This document shows, piece after piece, positions 1-14,144 of a DNA stretch of 64,000 bases. The DNA comes from Octopus vulgaris (taxonomy: Eukaryota). The stretch covers positions 66,340,001-66,404,000 of the forward strand of contig OX597830.1 in NCBI GenBank assembly GCA_951406725.2, in the 5' to 3' direction. How positions within the stretch are numbered: position 1 is the first letter of the stretch; the number at the start of each line of letters is the position of its first letter. A program made the translations under genes and the position numbers. The notes under the pieces were generated by a model. That model saw only the letters and a program-made list of their open reading frames with translations. It was not told the origin of the DNA and did not search any database.

Positions 1-471
1 CACTTGAGCCCGATGTGCTAACCACTGAGCCATGAGCCTTCACTTGAGTCCGATGTGCTAACCACTGAGCCATGAGCCTTCACTTGAGCCCGATGTGCTA
101 ACCACCGAGCCATGAGCCTTCACTTGAGCCCGATGTGCTAACCACTGAGCCATGAGCCTTCACATAAGCCCGATGTGCTAACCACCGAGCCATGAGCCTT
201 CACTTGAGCCCGATGTGCTAACCACCGAGCCATGAGCCTTCACTTGAGCCCGATGTGCTAACCACCGAGCCATGAGCCTTCACTTGAGCCCGATGTGCTA
301 ACCACTGAGCCATGAGCCTTCACTTGAGCCCGATGTGCTAACCACTGAGCCATGAGCCTTCACTTGAGCCCGATGTGCTAACCACTGAGCCATGAGCCTT
401 CACTTGAGCCCGATGTGCTAACCACTGAGCCATGAGCCCGATGTGCTAACCACTGAGCCATGAGCCTTCAC
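1..471 (-). repeat. 40-bp minisatellite (~11.5 copies, runs off window start) derived from a tRNA-like SINE head
   Basis: Unit cacttgagcccgatgtgctaaccactgagccatgagcctt. Its reverse complement (aaggctcatggctcagtggttagc...) matches the SINE head at 19236 (aaggtgcatggctcagtggttagag). Confidence 0.9.
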
Positions 472-1009
472 TATTCTGCTCTACACACCAGAGAAGTATT
501 CCTCAATTCCACCAGATTGCTGCTGCTGCTACTTAAGATGGTAAATTATACCATCTGCTGGTTGGTACCTACTTAGATTTAAGTGGACTTGCCAATGGAC
601 AAAACACAATCCTGATAGCAGAAAACACATTGCCGACTTGTTAGTAGTTTGCTATTATAGAGACTGGAGCCATTTGTAAGTTTGTTTGGTACCTTGTTAT
701 GCCGATGGCTAGGTTTTAAAACGATAAGTTTGGGAAAATACTTTTAGCATCTCTCTCTGCTTTACAAATGATCAACACTATATTACTTATTTCAGAGTTA
801 TTAGTTAGCTAGAAGTAAATGGAATTTTGTTTTTCTTTTTACTTTTATCTGCTGTTTATAATAAGAGAAAAGTGTTCTGTAATTTTTGTTTTTTTATAAA
901 GGTCAGGTTGATTTTGCAATAAATTTTGAGTGTATTATTAAATGATTGAACATACAGGATAAGATACTTTAGTGTAGTTGCAAACTACTTTAGAGACTGT
1001 TTTTGAAAT

Positions 1010-1030
1010 CATATATATATCTATGTGTAT

Positions 1031-1075
<45 letters not shown>

Positions 1076-1310
1076 AACACACACACACATCTGTACATAT
1101 ATGTATACATGTATGTGTATATATGTATGTATGTATGTATGTTTATACACACACATATATATGTATATATATATATATGTATATATATGTATATATATAT
1201 GTACATTGTACATATACATATCTATCTCTCTATATATATATATGTGTGTATGTATATATATATGTGTGTGTGTGTATATATATGTACATATACATGTCTA
1301 TACATATGTG

Positions 1311-1351
<41 letters not shown>

Positions 1352-1441
1352 GTATGTGTATATACACACACACGTACACACACACTTAATTACATACTCC
1401 ACTACTCCACACACACACACACACAAACACCTCACACACAC
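1010..1441. repeat. Compound (CA)n/(TA)n/(TATG)n microsatellite, representative of many (e.g. 5020-5445, 7475-8403, 46495-46720, 47666-48150, 57240-57610, 58024-58345, 59778-60012)
   Basis: Direct inspection; these tracts explain the [12 protein letters not shown] ORFs. Confidence 0.97.
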
Positions 1442-2687
1442 CAACTAGGTCAATTGAATAAGGCTCCTTCTATATAATTGCCAAAACAGCGCTGTCCATC
1501 TTCTTCCATTCAGCACAACAACTTTTCTATCTCTGAGGAAATAAGATCTCGAGCAATGTAATGAATGAATGTGTCAGCATGAAGATGAGATATAGAATAC
1601 TTTTGCAGTGATATTTAAGATCTCCTAATCAAACAAGGTCAGATTTTTTCATTCTTGGTCAGACACATAGTTCACCATTAGTATTCTATCTTATTGGTGG
1701 ACCTAAGTCATGATAATGATTGATATGTAGTGCAAAATCTGCTGATGACCTCTCAGACTATTTCTGCTGGAAAGAAACAGCAATCTGTTCACTCGTTCTG
1801 AGACAGTTCTCATGCAAGTGTAATCTTAGATATAGGTTATTGACTCGGTGTGGGATTAAACCTAGAATTTCTAGCTGTGATATTGAATTTAATGTCACTC
1901 TATTTGACTGCTTGTTTTAATAATTCTTAACTTGTGCATAAAGATTTTATTTGTAACGTAAGTTAGACAGTTCTATGAATTTATATGATTGTCAGAATTG
2001 GAGAAAAAGTTTGGTGTTTTACCGTTCCATCTGTTGTTAAAGCCAGCAGCAAAGTAGAAATGTTCTTCATTTTCTTAGCTAAGAGATAAACTAAAATAAA
2101 GAGATGACATTTCAAAGAAGATACAAAACTATCAGAGCAGAGTTGTTGTACACCTAACATTAATTAATTAATCATTATGATTATCAACTGTCTGATTTAC
2201 AAACAGTATTGACGAAGATTATACAACGAAGTATCTACAATATTGGGAAAACTATAGAAGACTAAAGCTTGTCCACTTCATTTATTTTATTACTAGTTTC
2301 AGCCAACAGGCTGTGGTCATGTTCGGTTACCATGTTTGAAGGTCTTTATTCATTCATATTGGTCTCAGTACCTTTTTCAGTCTTGACTTTATTTTCGTTA
2401 ATCTCCGTCTTTCAAATGGTTATCTTTTTACTTTATATGTTTGGTCTGTGTTCATATTGTGACATGTCTAAATTAACTCATCCCAAAACATTCATTTGGT
2501 TGATGGTATTTTCAAATCATGACATCTGAGGAAGTGAACGAACTGTAGAATTATTACACATTTCCATATATTACAACAAGCATTCTATAACATTGTATGA
2601 GATATGGAATAAAAGTATCATCAGTTCACAGAAACAATTGTAATGACAATTTGACTACTACTTTCCTCATTTAGATTATTACTTTTA

Positions 2688-3083
2688 CTAGCAGTATTGC
2701 CCGGCGTTGCTCGGGTTTGTAAGGGAAATAACTATATAAGCATTTTTAGAGAGTTATAGCCAAAAAATAGCAAAAAAATGCATTAAAAATGGAAAAAAAA
2801 TTATGGTAAATTTTTTTTTAAATCGTTGACTCATTGTAGACATTTTTAGAGAGTTACTTCCTTATATAATAGCGAAAAAATGCATTAAAATGGAAAAAAG
2901 TGATGGTAAATTTTTTTAAAATTGTAGACTCATCGCAGACGTGCGCTAATACCCAGAAGGGCTCGATATGAATTACGACTATAAGCTACCCGGTTTTGGT
3001 TAAACTGCACCGCAAAATGTGGGAGTAGTTAGGAATCTAAACCGTAGGAGACAGACACACAACTTCACTTTTATATATAAAGA
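2688..3083 (-). mobile_element. Non-autonomous Helitron
   Basis: On the minus strand it starts A|TC (tctttatatataaaag...) and ends in a GC hairpin cccgagcaacgccggg followed by CTAG|T. There is no TSD. Its ends are shared with the copy at 48745-49125. Confidence 0.8.
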
Positions 3084-3296
3084 TTATTCATTCTGCAGGG
3101 CTTATTTTCAGCCTACTTGATCTTACTTTGGAAATGTGTAGTGCTCCCATTTATATCAATTGAGGTCTTACAGATCTACCTTTGATTTTGAAATACTATG
3201 CTAGCCAGGATCCAGCATGATGAGCTAATGACGAGATATCCAGGACTATATTACCCTCTCTATCCCTCTCCCTCCCTCTCCCTCCCTCTCTCACTA

Positions 3297-3413
<117 letters not shown>

Positions 3414-4216
3414 CATATAACTCCAAAACAATTACAAAATATACAGAAACTGGTACATCTTTAAAGTTTTTTTATTTAACAGTTGATTATACAGCATAAT
3501 TAGTTAAAATGACCAATCCTTGGTGCTTCTTCCTACTTGATGTGGTTAGCTGGAACCTGCACTTCTTATGGTACACACCTCTCAGACCTCATATGGTACA
3601 CACCTGGATAATTTATCCCTATATACTCATTGTATATATCTTTGTATCTTGGGAGGGTCATTATGCAAATAATAAACACATGCACTGGTTCAATTTCACT
3701 TCTTTTTATTATTTGTTAAATGCTTAACTATTCAACCAACTAACTAATCAACTCTTTGAATAATCATTTGGTTAATCAATCAGTTAATTATATTTGTCAA
3801 ATGAAATACTTAATAATCACCTCTTAATAGTTATAGTTACAATAGTTGTTGAGAGTGTGTCAGGATTGGATTAAAATTAATAGGGTCAAGTGTGGGTTTA
3901 TACTAAGTTTGGTTACACAGCTGCTTTATTATGGTTGAGCAAAAAGTTGGGCCCTTTATTCTGCTATCTTGTATGTATTTATACAAGGAGTGTCATGTCA
4001 TTGTTGTCATCACCATCACCACCACCATCATCATCATCATCATCATTATCATCATCACCAGGCCTGTACTATCAATGTGCTGTTAGCATATGTCTACCAT
4101 CACTACTATCGCCAGTACCACCATTATCATCATCATTGCTGTTGTTATTGTCATTGTTGTTGTCGTTGTCATCGTTGTCGTCATCGTCATCATGTTCATT
4201 ACCATCATCATCATCA

Positions 4217-4570
4217 GCACCTTGGGCAAGTGTCTTCTACTATAGCCTCAGGCCAACCAAAGCCTTGTGAGTGGATTTGGTAGACGGAAACTGAAAGTAG
4301 CCCATCATATATATGTACGTATATATATATATATATATATATATATGTGGGTGTGTGTATGTTTGTGTGTCTGTGTTTGTCCCCCAACATTGCTTGACAA
4401 CCGATGCTGGTGTGTTTACATCCCCATAACTTAGCGGTTCGGCAAAAGTGACCGATAGAATAAGTACTATGCTCACAAAGAATAAGTCCTGGGGTCGATT
4501 TGCTCAACTAAAGGCGGTGCTCCAGCATGGCCACGGTCACATGCCTGAAACAAGTAAAAGAGTAAAAGAG
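4217..4570 (+). mobile_element. SINE family A (tRNA-derived head, ccttgggcaagt CORE-like motif), 5'-truncated
   Basis: Near-identical to full copies at 26110, 28829 and 43385; ends gaaacaagtaaaagagtaaaagag. Confidence 0.9.
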
Positions 4571-5026
4571 TATATGTCTACTTTTCTGTCCTTGCACGGG
4601 TCAAATGAGTGTAAGTTGGGGTGGAGTTTTCTATGGTTGGATGCCCTTCCTGGTGCCAACCCCTATATGTTTCCAAGCGAGGTAATAAGTTTTCCGGTCT
4701 GTCGAACAACAAACAACCCAGGCATGGTTACACAAAGATATGAAAATTAATGACACCGTACGGATGAGGTTCTTCTTTATATAGATGAATCAACAGGATA
4801 AGACTTGTCATGAAGGCCTAATGGTGCTTTGGTGGCTGTGGATTGCAGGCAAAGAGCACCAGCTGTGTGAACAGTAAAACCTTTGTTTACAATCAACAAG
4901 CACACAGGAAAATACAACTTAATCCATACAGAAACATGTGCATGGCCACACACGCATACATACACACACAGACAAACAGGCACAGAGACACAAGCACACA
5001 AACACTGATTTGATATAATACATACA

Positions 5027-5062
<36 letters not shown>

Positions 5063-5408
5063 TATACACAGATAGATAGATGTAGATATAGATATATATG
5101 TATATAAATATTTAATATATATACATAGATATATGTATATGTGTATATATATATATATATACATATATTATATATGTGTATGTGTGTATATATGTATATA
5201 TATATATACACACACACACACATATATATACATATACATACATACATATATATACATACATACATACATATATATGTATACATGTATATATATATATATA
5301 TGTATATGTATATATAAGCTCTAGAGTTAACCACTTAACGGTAACTCTCTTATATATATATATATATATATATATATGCATACATACATACACACACACA
5401 CACACATA

Positions 5409-5444
<36 letters not shown>

Positions 5445-6064
5445 TAAATATGAACAAACATTTGTTTTTATAAGCATCAAAATGTGTATAGAATGATGCA
5501 AATATGCTGATATTTTTTATTTGAATGCAGAATTGCTGCTAGAACAGCAGAAATACTGAGTAAATTACTCTTAGAAAGCAGAAAAATTTGTCAACGACCA
5601 GCCATCCAGCTATGAGACTCAAACCTATATCCCTCAAAGACTCTGGCTGAGTTCTTTACCATTATGCTGAACTCCTATCTAAAATACCAGACCAGCCACC
5701 GATACAAGGTTACACTGAAGGAAGATCTCCCATACATAAATAAGAATAGATCTCTTTCTCTTTACATCATTCAAGGGAGTAGAGACATAGAATACTGAAG
5801 CATCTATACATTCATACACATTCACACATACAAACACACACACACACGATTTTATATAGATCTCATAAACTAATTTTATTGATTGTCTCTTCTGGTGTTC
5901 TTGTTATATGGATGTCCTACACTATTTGAGTACTCTGTGAACTGATAACCAAGCCCTTAAGAGGAGCTTACTGTGGTAGCCACATAATTCTCAGAATCTA
6001 CATCTTATACTGTTCATTTACATACCCCACCCCACATATATGTATGTATATATGTATATATGTA

Positions 6065-6113
<49 letters not shown>

Positions 6114-6211
6114 ATTATTTGAGGGAATATTATTCCTAACTTACAGAGAAAAATTCAATTTAGAAAAACTAAATCAAATTTCACAAAATATAATATATAT
6201 ATATATATAAA

Positions 6212-6902
6212 TTAGAAAAAAAAAACCTTTTATCAATTCAAAGTGAACAATTAAATTACACCATCTAGAAAATTACATATAATAGAAATATTAAATATAA
6301 AATAACAATATGCTAATGATTAAGTAAATTGCAAAATAATAATAAATCATTGGCATATTATTGTTGTTTTATTTTTAATATTTCTATTATCTCTTTCTCT
6401 TTTCCCTTTTACTTGTTTCGGTCATTTGACTGCGGCCATGCTGGAGCACCACCTTTAGTCGAGCAACTCGACCCCGGGACTTATTCTTTGTAAGCCCAGT
6501 ACTTATTCTATCGGTTTCTTTTGCTGAACCGCTAAGTGACGGGAACATAAACACACCAGCATCGGTTGTCAAGCAATGCTAAGGGGACAAACACAGACAC
6601 ACAAACATATACACACACATGCATATATACGACAGGCTTCTTTCAGTTTCCGTCTACCAAATCCACTCACAAGGCATTGGTCGACCCGGGGCTATAGCAG
6701 AAGACACTTGCCCAAGATGCCACGCAGTGGGACTGAACCCGAAACCATGTGGTTGGTAAGCAAGCTACTTACCACACAGTCACTCCTGTAATTATATGTA
6801 ATTATATGTAATTATATGTGATTATATGTAATTATATGTAATTTTCTAGATGGTGTAATTTAATTGTTCATTTTGAATTGATAAGAGGTGTTTTTTTTCT
6901 AA
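6212..6902. mobile_element. Element with ~72-bp terminal inverted repeats inside (TA)n, containing a nested SINE-A
   Basis: 6212-6283 is the reverse complement of 6831-6902 with few mismatches; (TA)n lies on both sides. Confidence 0.7.
6391..6788 (-). mobile_element. SINE family A, near full length
   Basis: Reverse complement of the family A sequence (caggagtg..tgtgtggtaagtagcttgc head). Confidence 0.92.
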
Positions 6903-6905
6903 GTT

Positions 6906-6971
<66 letters not shown>

Positions 6972-6975
6972 TGTG

Positions 6976-7354
6976 AAAGTTTAAAATTAGAAAACATCTT
7001 TAAAAGTTTCAATGCTGACAAACTAAAATGTTTCAATGTTGATAAATTAACCAGTTCAAAACAGAAGGTGTAAGTTTGAATGTTGATAGAAGTCAATAAA
7101 ATTAAAACTGTATATCAATTTGTTTGAACGTACAAAGTTCATTAATTTTAGTGGTGGTCGACAAGTCATACCGAAAAAAATAAGTGTGAAATAAAAATAG
7201 TAAACAAAATGGAATTTGCTTTACCGTTTCTCTGATCCTCTTCAAATAGACGCTTTCGCTTGCAGTGGTATGTTTTGGGATCAAATGAATTTATAATTTT
7301 TTCTGCGAGTAACAACATTGAAACTTTTAAAGATGTTTTCTAATTTTAAACTTT
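6976..7354. mobile_element. MITE-like segment bounded by a perfect 39-bp inverted repeat
   Basis: 6976-7014 (aaagtttaaaattagaaaacatctttaaaagtttcaatg) is the exact reverse complement of 7316-7354. Confidence 0.6.
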
Positions 7355-7445
7355 TACCATTGATAAACAAAAAAATATTGTTGAAACTAGTTTGGTATAT
7401 ATATGTAAATAAATGTATTTTAAACATTTACAAGTTCTTGAAATT

Positions 7446-7561
7446 TAAGTGCATTTTCAACAGCACTTTTTCGTATATGTGTGTGTGTATATATATATAT
7501 ATACCTATGTGTATGTATGTATATGTATATATAATATATGCATATATGTTTATGTATTGTA

Positions 7562-7598
<37 letters not shown>

Positions 7599-7757
7599 AA
7601 TGCATATATATATGTATATATATGTATGTATATGTATATATATATATGCATATATGTTTATGTATGTATATATATATATATATAAATGCATATATATATG
7701 TATATATATGTATGTATATATATATATATATATGTATATATTTATGTTTGTATATAC

Positions 7758-7788
<31 letters not shown>

Positions 7789-7996
7789 TCTGTCTATCTA
7801 TCTCTCTCTCTCTCTATATATACATACATACATACATATGTATATACAAACATAAATATATACATATATATATATATATATACATACATATATATACATA
7901 TATATATGCATTTATATATATATATATACATACATAAACATATATGCATATATATATATACATATACATACATATATATACATATATATATGCATT

Positions 7997-8034
<38 letters not shown>

Positions 8035-8150
8035 TACAATACATAAACATATATGCATGTATTATATATACATATACATACATACACATAGGTATATATA
8101 TATATATACACACACACATATACGAAAAAGTGCTGTTGAAAATGCACTTA
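7446..8150. repeat. ~700-bp fold-back palindrome of unique plus microsatellite sequence, followed by a direct re-duplication (8151-8285)
   Basis: taagtgcattttcaacagcactttttcgtatatg at 7446 reappears inverted ending at 8150, and the microsatellite pattern is mirrored around ~7795. Confidence 0.85.
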
Positions 8151-8176
8151 TATATATGCACTTATATATATGTATG

Positions 8177-8207
<31 letters not shown>

Positions 8208-9174
8208 TTATGTTTGTATATACATATGTATGTATGTATGTATGTATGTATCTGTCTATCTATCTCTCTCTCTCTCTATATATATATATACACATATATG
8301 TATGTATATATATATGTATATATTATATATATGTATGTATATATTATATATATATGTGTATGTATGTATATATTATATATATGTATGTATATATATATAT
8401 ATGTGAAAAGGTTTAATTTACTGAGGTGAGTGACTATCATATTTATTTACATGCACGCACACACATAAACACACACATAGATAGATACACAACTGACTTC
8501 TTTCCGTGTCCATGTACCAAGTCTACCAAGAGCTATTATAGAAGACATTTGTCCAAGGTGCCATACAGTAGGACGGAACCCAAAACCACATGACTGGAAA
8601 TCGAACCTCTTTCCCACACATACACCCTTGTGTCTAGCAGCTATGTCTAGCTTCCCTTTATAAGATAGTACGATATGATTTGCAGTAATTAAGCCTACGC
8701 CCTGTTTAAAGGGAAAACAGCCATATCATTTTCCATGGATTCTATGCAGTGGATTCTGAGACATTTGTATGCTAAGTTTGAAATGAGTTGCTTTAAGTTA
8801 ATCACCTGGAGTTTCAAGCATCAGTTGATAATATTGGCAGGTGTTTCTAAAAACTGAGCAGAATATGAGGAATTATTTAGTTCAGTTTGAAAGCAGAAGT
8901 AGATAAGAACTGAATGCCATGTAGTTCTTTTAGCTAATGGATAGGGGAAAAGTATATTGGGACTTCAGGTGGATTCAATATTTTAAATGTACAAGGGGCA
9001 GGCATGGGTGTGTGGTTGAGTGGTTTATTTTCCAATCACATTGTTTCTGGTTCAGTCCCACTGTATGGCACCTTGTGCAAGTGTTTTCTACTATAGCTCT
9101 GGGCCAGCTAAAGCCTTGTGAATAGAATTGGTAGATGGAAACTGAAAGAAGTTCTTTGTGTTTGTACATATAAA

Positions 9175-9505
9175 GGGTAAAGATCCCTCTTTGGTCACAA
9201 ATAACTATGGGATTGCACTTAGAAAGTTCCCCTCTGAAGTACAAATCTGGAAAAGGTTGTTTATGGAAGATCAGCAGTTGCCCGTGTATACCAGCCTCGC
9301 ATCTCCGTGCCACCGACATAATCCAAAGGAAAGGCAAAGGAGGCAATACAGCTTGGCACCAGTGATGTTGCAACTCATTTCTAGAGCTGAGTGAAGCATA
9401 ACAAATATGAAATAAAGTGTCTTGTTCACGAACACAACACAGCCTGATCCAGAGATTGAAATCACAACTTCAGAATTGTAAGTCTTATGCTCTAACCACT
9501 GAACA
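9175..9505 (-). mobile_element. SINE family C (tRNA head, ttgagcaagacactttattt motif)
   Basis: Homologous to 19235-19520 (+) and 30885-31608 (-). Confidence 0.8.
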
Positions 9506-9514
9506 ATATATATA

Positions 9515-9899
9515 CAGGTGTAGGAGTGGCTGTGTGGTAAGTAGCTTGCTTACCAACCACGTGGTTCTGGGTTCAGTCCCACTGCATGGCACCCTGGGCA
9601 AGTGTCTTCTACTATAGCCTCGAGCTGACCAAAGCTTTGTGAGTGGATTTGGTTGACAGAAACTGAAAGAAGCCCATCGTAAATATATATATATGTGTGT
9701 GTGTGTCTGTGTTTGTCCCCCACCTTCGCTTGACAACTGATGTTGGTATGTTTACATCCCCATAACTTAGTGGTTTGGCAAAAGAGACTGATAGAATGAG
9801 TACTAGGCTTACAAAGAATAAGTCCTGGAGGCAGTTTGTTCAACTAAAGGCGGTGCTCCAGCATGGCCGCAGTCAAATTATTGAAACAAGTAAAAGAAT
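9515..9899 (+). mobile_element. SINE family A, full length
   Basis: Family A head, body and tail all present. Confidence 0.92.
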
Positions 9900-9933
9900 A
9901 TATTTGTATGTATATATAAGAATATATATGTAC

Positions 9934-9984
<51 letters not shown>

Positions 9985-11189
9985 ATGTGTGTGTGTGTAT
10001 GTGAGTGTAAGAATGTTTGCATTTCCTTATCATGACATGGTGTGATTATTGTAAATGAGTTATCATTCATTTCCTGTCTTCCATGAAGACATGTGCAGCC
10101 ATGGCAAAACATTACATGAGTTGGAAACGGGAGAGGGTTTGTGACAGGAAGAGCATCCTGCCATAGAAAATCTACCTCAATAAACTCCATCTGACCTATG
10201 TAAGCCAGGACAAGTGGAAGTTAAAAACAAATGCAGCTGCTGATGCTGCTGATGATAATGATGATGATGACAATGTGAGCAAATGGAGTTTAAAAACCAT
10301 TAGGTTACTTCAATAGATCATGGGGTATAATAGCTGCATTTTATTTGTAGAATTGCCGGTATAATGAGTAGAGGCAGCAGTAATTAGGGAGTATCTTTGT
10401 CGCAAAACAGGAAGGAGTTGTTTTTTTGTTGATAATAACATAATTATTGTTGCAATAACTGGAACTGAAATGAAATATCTGGTTGAAAGATGAAATTACA
10501 TGTGTGTGTGTGTGTGTGCATATCTGTGTGTGTGCATTTGTGTGCATGTGCATCCGTGTGTGTGTTTTGTGTGTGTACTAAAGATGAAGCGTCTGTGATA
10601 GGTGTAGGCATGATGAGAATATGCGATGTGTGTTTGGGAAAAAACAAAGCATTTAAAATGCTATTAAATTCAGTTCAATAATGATGAGAATTGTGGTATT
10701 TTGTGTGGATATTATGTTTGTATAAATGCACAACCTAATAGTTAGTTGCAGGAATTGAAACAAAAACATCCGAGTTGGAAATTTAATACTTTAGTATCTT
10801 TAATAGCTTTATTAACTATTGCTCAATTGTGTTGAAAAGATATTTAGTACTGAAATTTTGTGGGAGGGGAACATTCAATTACAATTATCCCAGTATTTCA
10901 CTGGCACTTTAGTTTTGTTGTGGTGGGCACCCACTAATGAGAAGTGGGCTGTTCCACTACTGTTAAATAGTGGACAGACACAGCAAGCTGGGTCAGTTGG
11001 CAAGGTATGCCATATGGGCCAGTCATGCAAGACAATGAAATAATGCTGGACATATCAGTGCCAACAAGGATTCCTTCCATTGTATAATGGTGTCATTATA
11101 ACAGTGGTAACAGCAAGCAGGGTCAGTCAGTGAGATACACGGTATGGGCCAGTTACGCAAGATGACAAAATATGTTGTCATAATGCGAG

Positions 11190-11920
11190 ACATATCAATT
11201 TTATTGATTCCAAAAGGAAGAACGGCAAAGTTAGCCTTGGTGGAATTTGAACACAGAATGTAAAATGCTTGGGGAGATACTGCTAAGTTTTTTGTTCAGT
11301 GTGTTAATGCTTCTGTTAGCTTGCAAAAATATAATACTGTCTTCTATAGCCACATGGCCTGAACTTCGTGGGGAGTGGGGCTAATCAATTACATCAACCC
11401 CAGTATTTGACTGATACTCATTTTATCGACCATAAAAAGGATGGAAGGCAAAGTTGACCTTGGTGGAATTTGAACTCAGTACATGAAGAGTTGGAAGAAA
11501 TGTTGCTAAAAGAAATACCCAGCATACTAGCAATTCTACCAGCCTGTAGAAAGTAATCTTTTCTATAATAGTCACAAGGCCTGAAACCACGGAGTGGTTG
11601 GCGTTAGGAAGGGCATCCAGCTGTAGAAACACTGCCAGATCAGACTGGAGCCTGCTGCAGCCTCCTGGCTTCCCAGACCCTGGTCGAACCGTCTAACCCA
11701 TGCTGGCATGGAAAACGGACGTTAAACGATGATGATGATGATGATGATGATGGGGATTGTAGATCACATTGATCTCAGTATTTGGCTGGTACTTATTTTA
11801 TTAATCCCAAAAAGGATGAAAAGTAAAGCTGGTCTCAGTAGGATTTGAACTCAGAATGTTAAGATCCAGAAAGAATATTGCTAAGCATTTTGTCCAGCAT
11901 GCTAATGATTCTGCCAGCTT
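11190..11920 (-). mobile_element. Cluster of degenerate SINE family B copies plus one family D tail (11590-11750, +)
   Basis: Repeated aaggatgaaaggcaaagttgacct..ggaatttgaactcag motif; aggaagggcatccagc...gttaaacgatgatgat. Confidence 0.75.
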
Positions 11921-12664
11921 GTATGAAATGTTGACAGTATTTGATATATTAACCAAGATACATGTCTGTCTAATCGTCTGTGATCCAATGAGAAAGCTTC
12001 TGTGTGGTCATTCAACCTGCTTAAAATAACAACCAAATTTTGTCTTCAAATTACCCCCTACCACATTGAATAACGTAATTCTAGATGACTGGATAATGTA
12101 ATTCTAGATGCATCGTCTAAAAAAACAAAAAACAAAAAAAAAAAACACAGACAAGATAGTCTTGAATGAGAAGCTTTTGATCATATGTCTCTTTGATCAG
12201 GGTTGACCTGGGATTAAACAACAACCACAACAACAACAACAACAATAACCTACAGCTATTGTGTTATGTCCTAAGGCAAAAACACATTAGTCAGTCTAGT
12301 TGAAAATTGATGTCATTTGTAGTGCTATAGTCAAATAATAGTTAGTAACAGTCAGGGCATCCAGCTGTAAAAAATGAACACATCATTTATTCATATGCAA
12401 ATATCCCATTTAACAAAGACGATGCTATCTCAGTGTTTAATGTAAAACTAACTGCAAGTTGTTGTTATGTCCTGTAATAGATGTCAAGTGTGGCTGTACG
12501 GTTATGAAGTTTGCTTTTCGGCTGTTTAGTTCCAGGTTCAAGCTCAGCATAGCACTTTGAATGTCTTTTACAGCTTCAGAAATACCAATGTCTTGAGAAT
12601 GGAATTTGGTAGATGGAAACAGCACTTTTATAAATAAATAAATAAATAAATATATATATATATA

Positions 12665-13027
12665 GTTGAGCGTGATCGTTGTCAGCGTCGCCTCACTAGC
12701 ACTTGTGCCGGTGGCACGTGGACAAAACATTTGAGCGAGGTCGTTGCCAGTGCTGCTGGACTGACTCCTGTGTAGGTGGCACGTAAAAAACACCATTTTC
12801 AAGCGTGACCGTTGCCAGTACTGCCAAACTGGCTCTCGTACCGGTGACACTTTAAAAGCACCCACTACACTCTCGGAGTGGTTGACATTAGGAAGGACAT
12901 CCAGCTGTAGAAACTCTGCCAGATCAAGATTGGAGCCTGGCGCAGCCATCTGTTTTGCCAGCCCTCAGTCAAATCGTCCAACCCATGCTAGCATGGAAAG
13001 TGGACGTTAAACGATGATGATGATGAT
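12665..13027 (+). mobile_element. Repeat family D (aggaagggcatcc motif, (GAT)n tail, internal ~60-bp repeats), probably an RTE-dependent SINE
   Basis: Homologous to 18371-18785, 46047-46485 and 63120-63480; ends ggacgttaaacgatgatgatg. The RTE link is inference. Confidence 0.75.
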
Positions 13028-14144
13028 ATATGTATATCAGTGGTGACTCTGGCACTCAAGCTGTTCAGGCTTAGCCCTAGTATAAATTTAGTAAAGTGAA
13101 CTTGCAAGCTGATTTAATTTTTGACAACACTGATTCCAAGAATGTAATTGCAGCAATAACCCAGGCACCTTTCATTGAGCCTGGTCACAATTCATGTATT
13201 TTCCTTCAATGTCAGGCAGTTGTCTTAAAGGTGTCCTGTGTCAAAAAATATCATTTGTAGCAGACGTTCTCTTGACATTGTTCACACGCGCCTGATTTGG
13301 GCTCAGAAGTTAAAGCCTGAGTTGTTATCTATAATCATAAAAATTAAAAGCAATTCAATTTCAGTGTTTTCTTGAAGCAATAAATTTCTATAGAGATAAG
13401 GATTGAAATTCCAGTCTATGAATAGTCTCTGTTCTACAATATTCTTAAAGGAACGAAAATTTATCCAGCAACTCGGACTAATTATGAACGAGCCTGGTAG
13501 GTGGAAAGGACTAACTGACTTTTCTTGTCAAGAGTACAGGCAACAGTCGGATCGGTATGTTTGTTGTGCACTCTGCTTTCATTATTTGGTTGCTGTTATA
13601 CAGCAGTAACTCGGGCTTAATACAAACCAGCCTAGTAATGTGTAAAGGACTAACTGACATCTCTTGTCAAGGGTACAGGTGACAGTCAGATCGCTGATGT
13701 TTGATGTGCAATCCACTTTCATTAATTGATTGTTGTTATTCTGTGCGTCTATGTGTAAAGATCAGTTGTGTTTTGCAAGGTTGCCTTATTTTATACCCTT
13801 AACTTAGAAATGGAGAAAGACATAGTGCTAGATATATAAAAATAAGGCATTTGGGGCTAGAAATATTGCGGAAAAACATGAGGCATTCTTTTGTTAGAAG
13901 CAGCAAACTTGCTTACTGTTAAATTATCCGTGCATATGTAAGTCTGTGGTATGCATTACATCTCTTACCTTCTTCTGTACATGTGTCTTATACGAAATCT
14001 GTGATGAGCCCGAATGATGCTGATGCCCTAGAGTTGCCTCTGATATATATATATATATATATATATCAGTAACACCCCTACCACCCCGCCCTGTCCCTAG
14101 CCACATTCAGATGGCTGATCCCCCTTACGTTATATATATATATT

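Noticed and set aside
661-675. 15-nt micro-exon tag|..|gtaagt
   Set aside because: Weak acceptor; expected by chance in AT-rich DNA.
7215-7250. Minus-strand ttgaagaggatcagagaaacggta hammerhead-like motif
   Set aside because: The core is mutated and stems I and II do not pair convincingly.
13969-14039. Minus-strand exon candidate (cag...AAG|gtaag)
   Set aside because: The acceptor lies in (TA)n without a polypyrimidine tract, and no homology was recognised.
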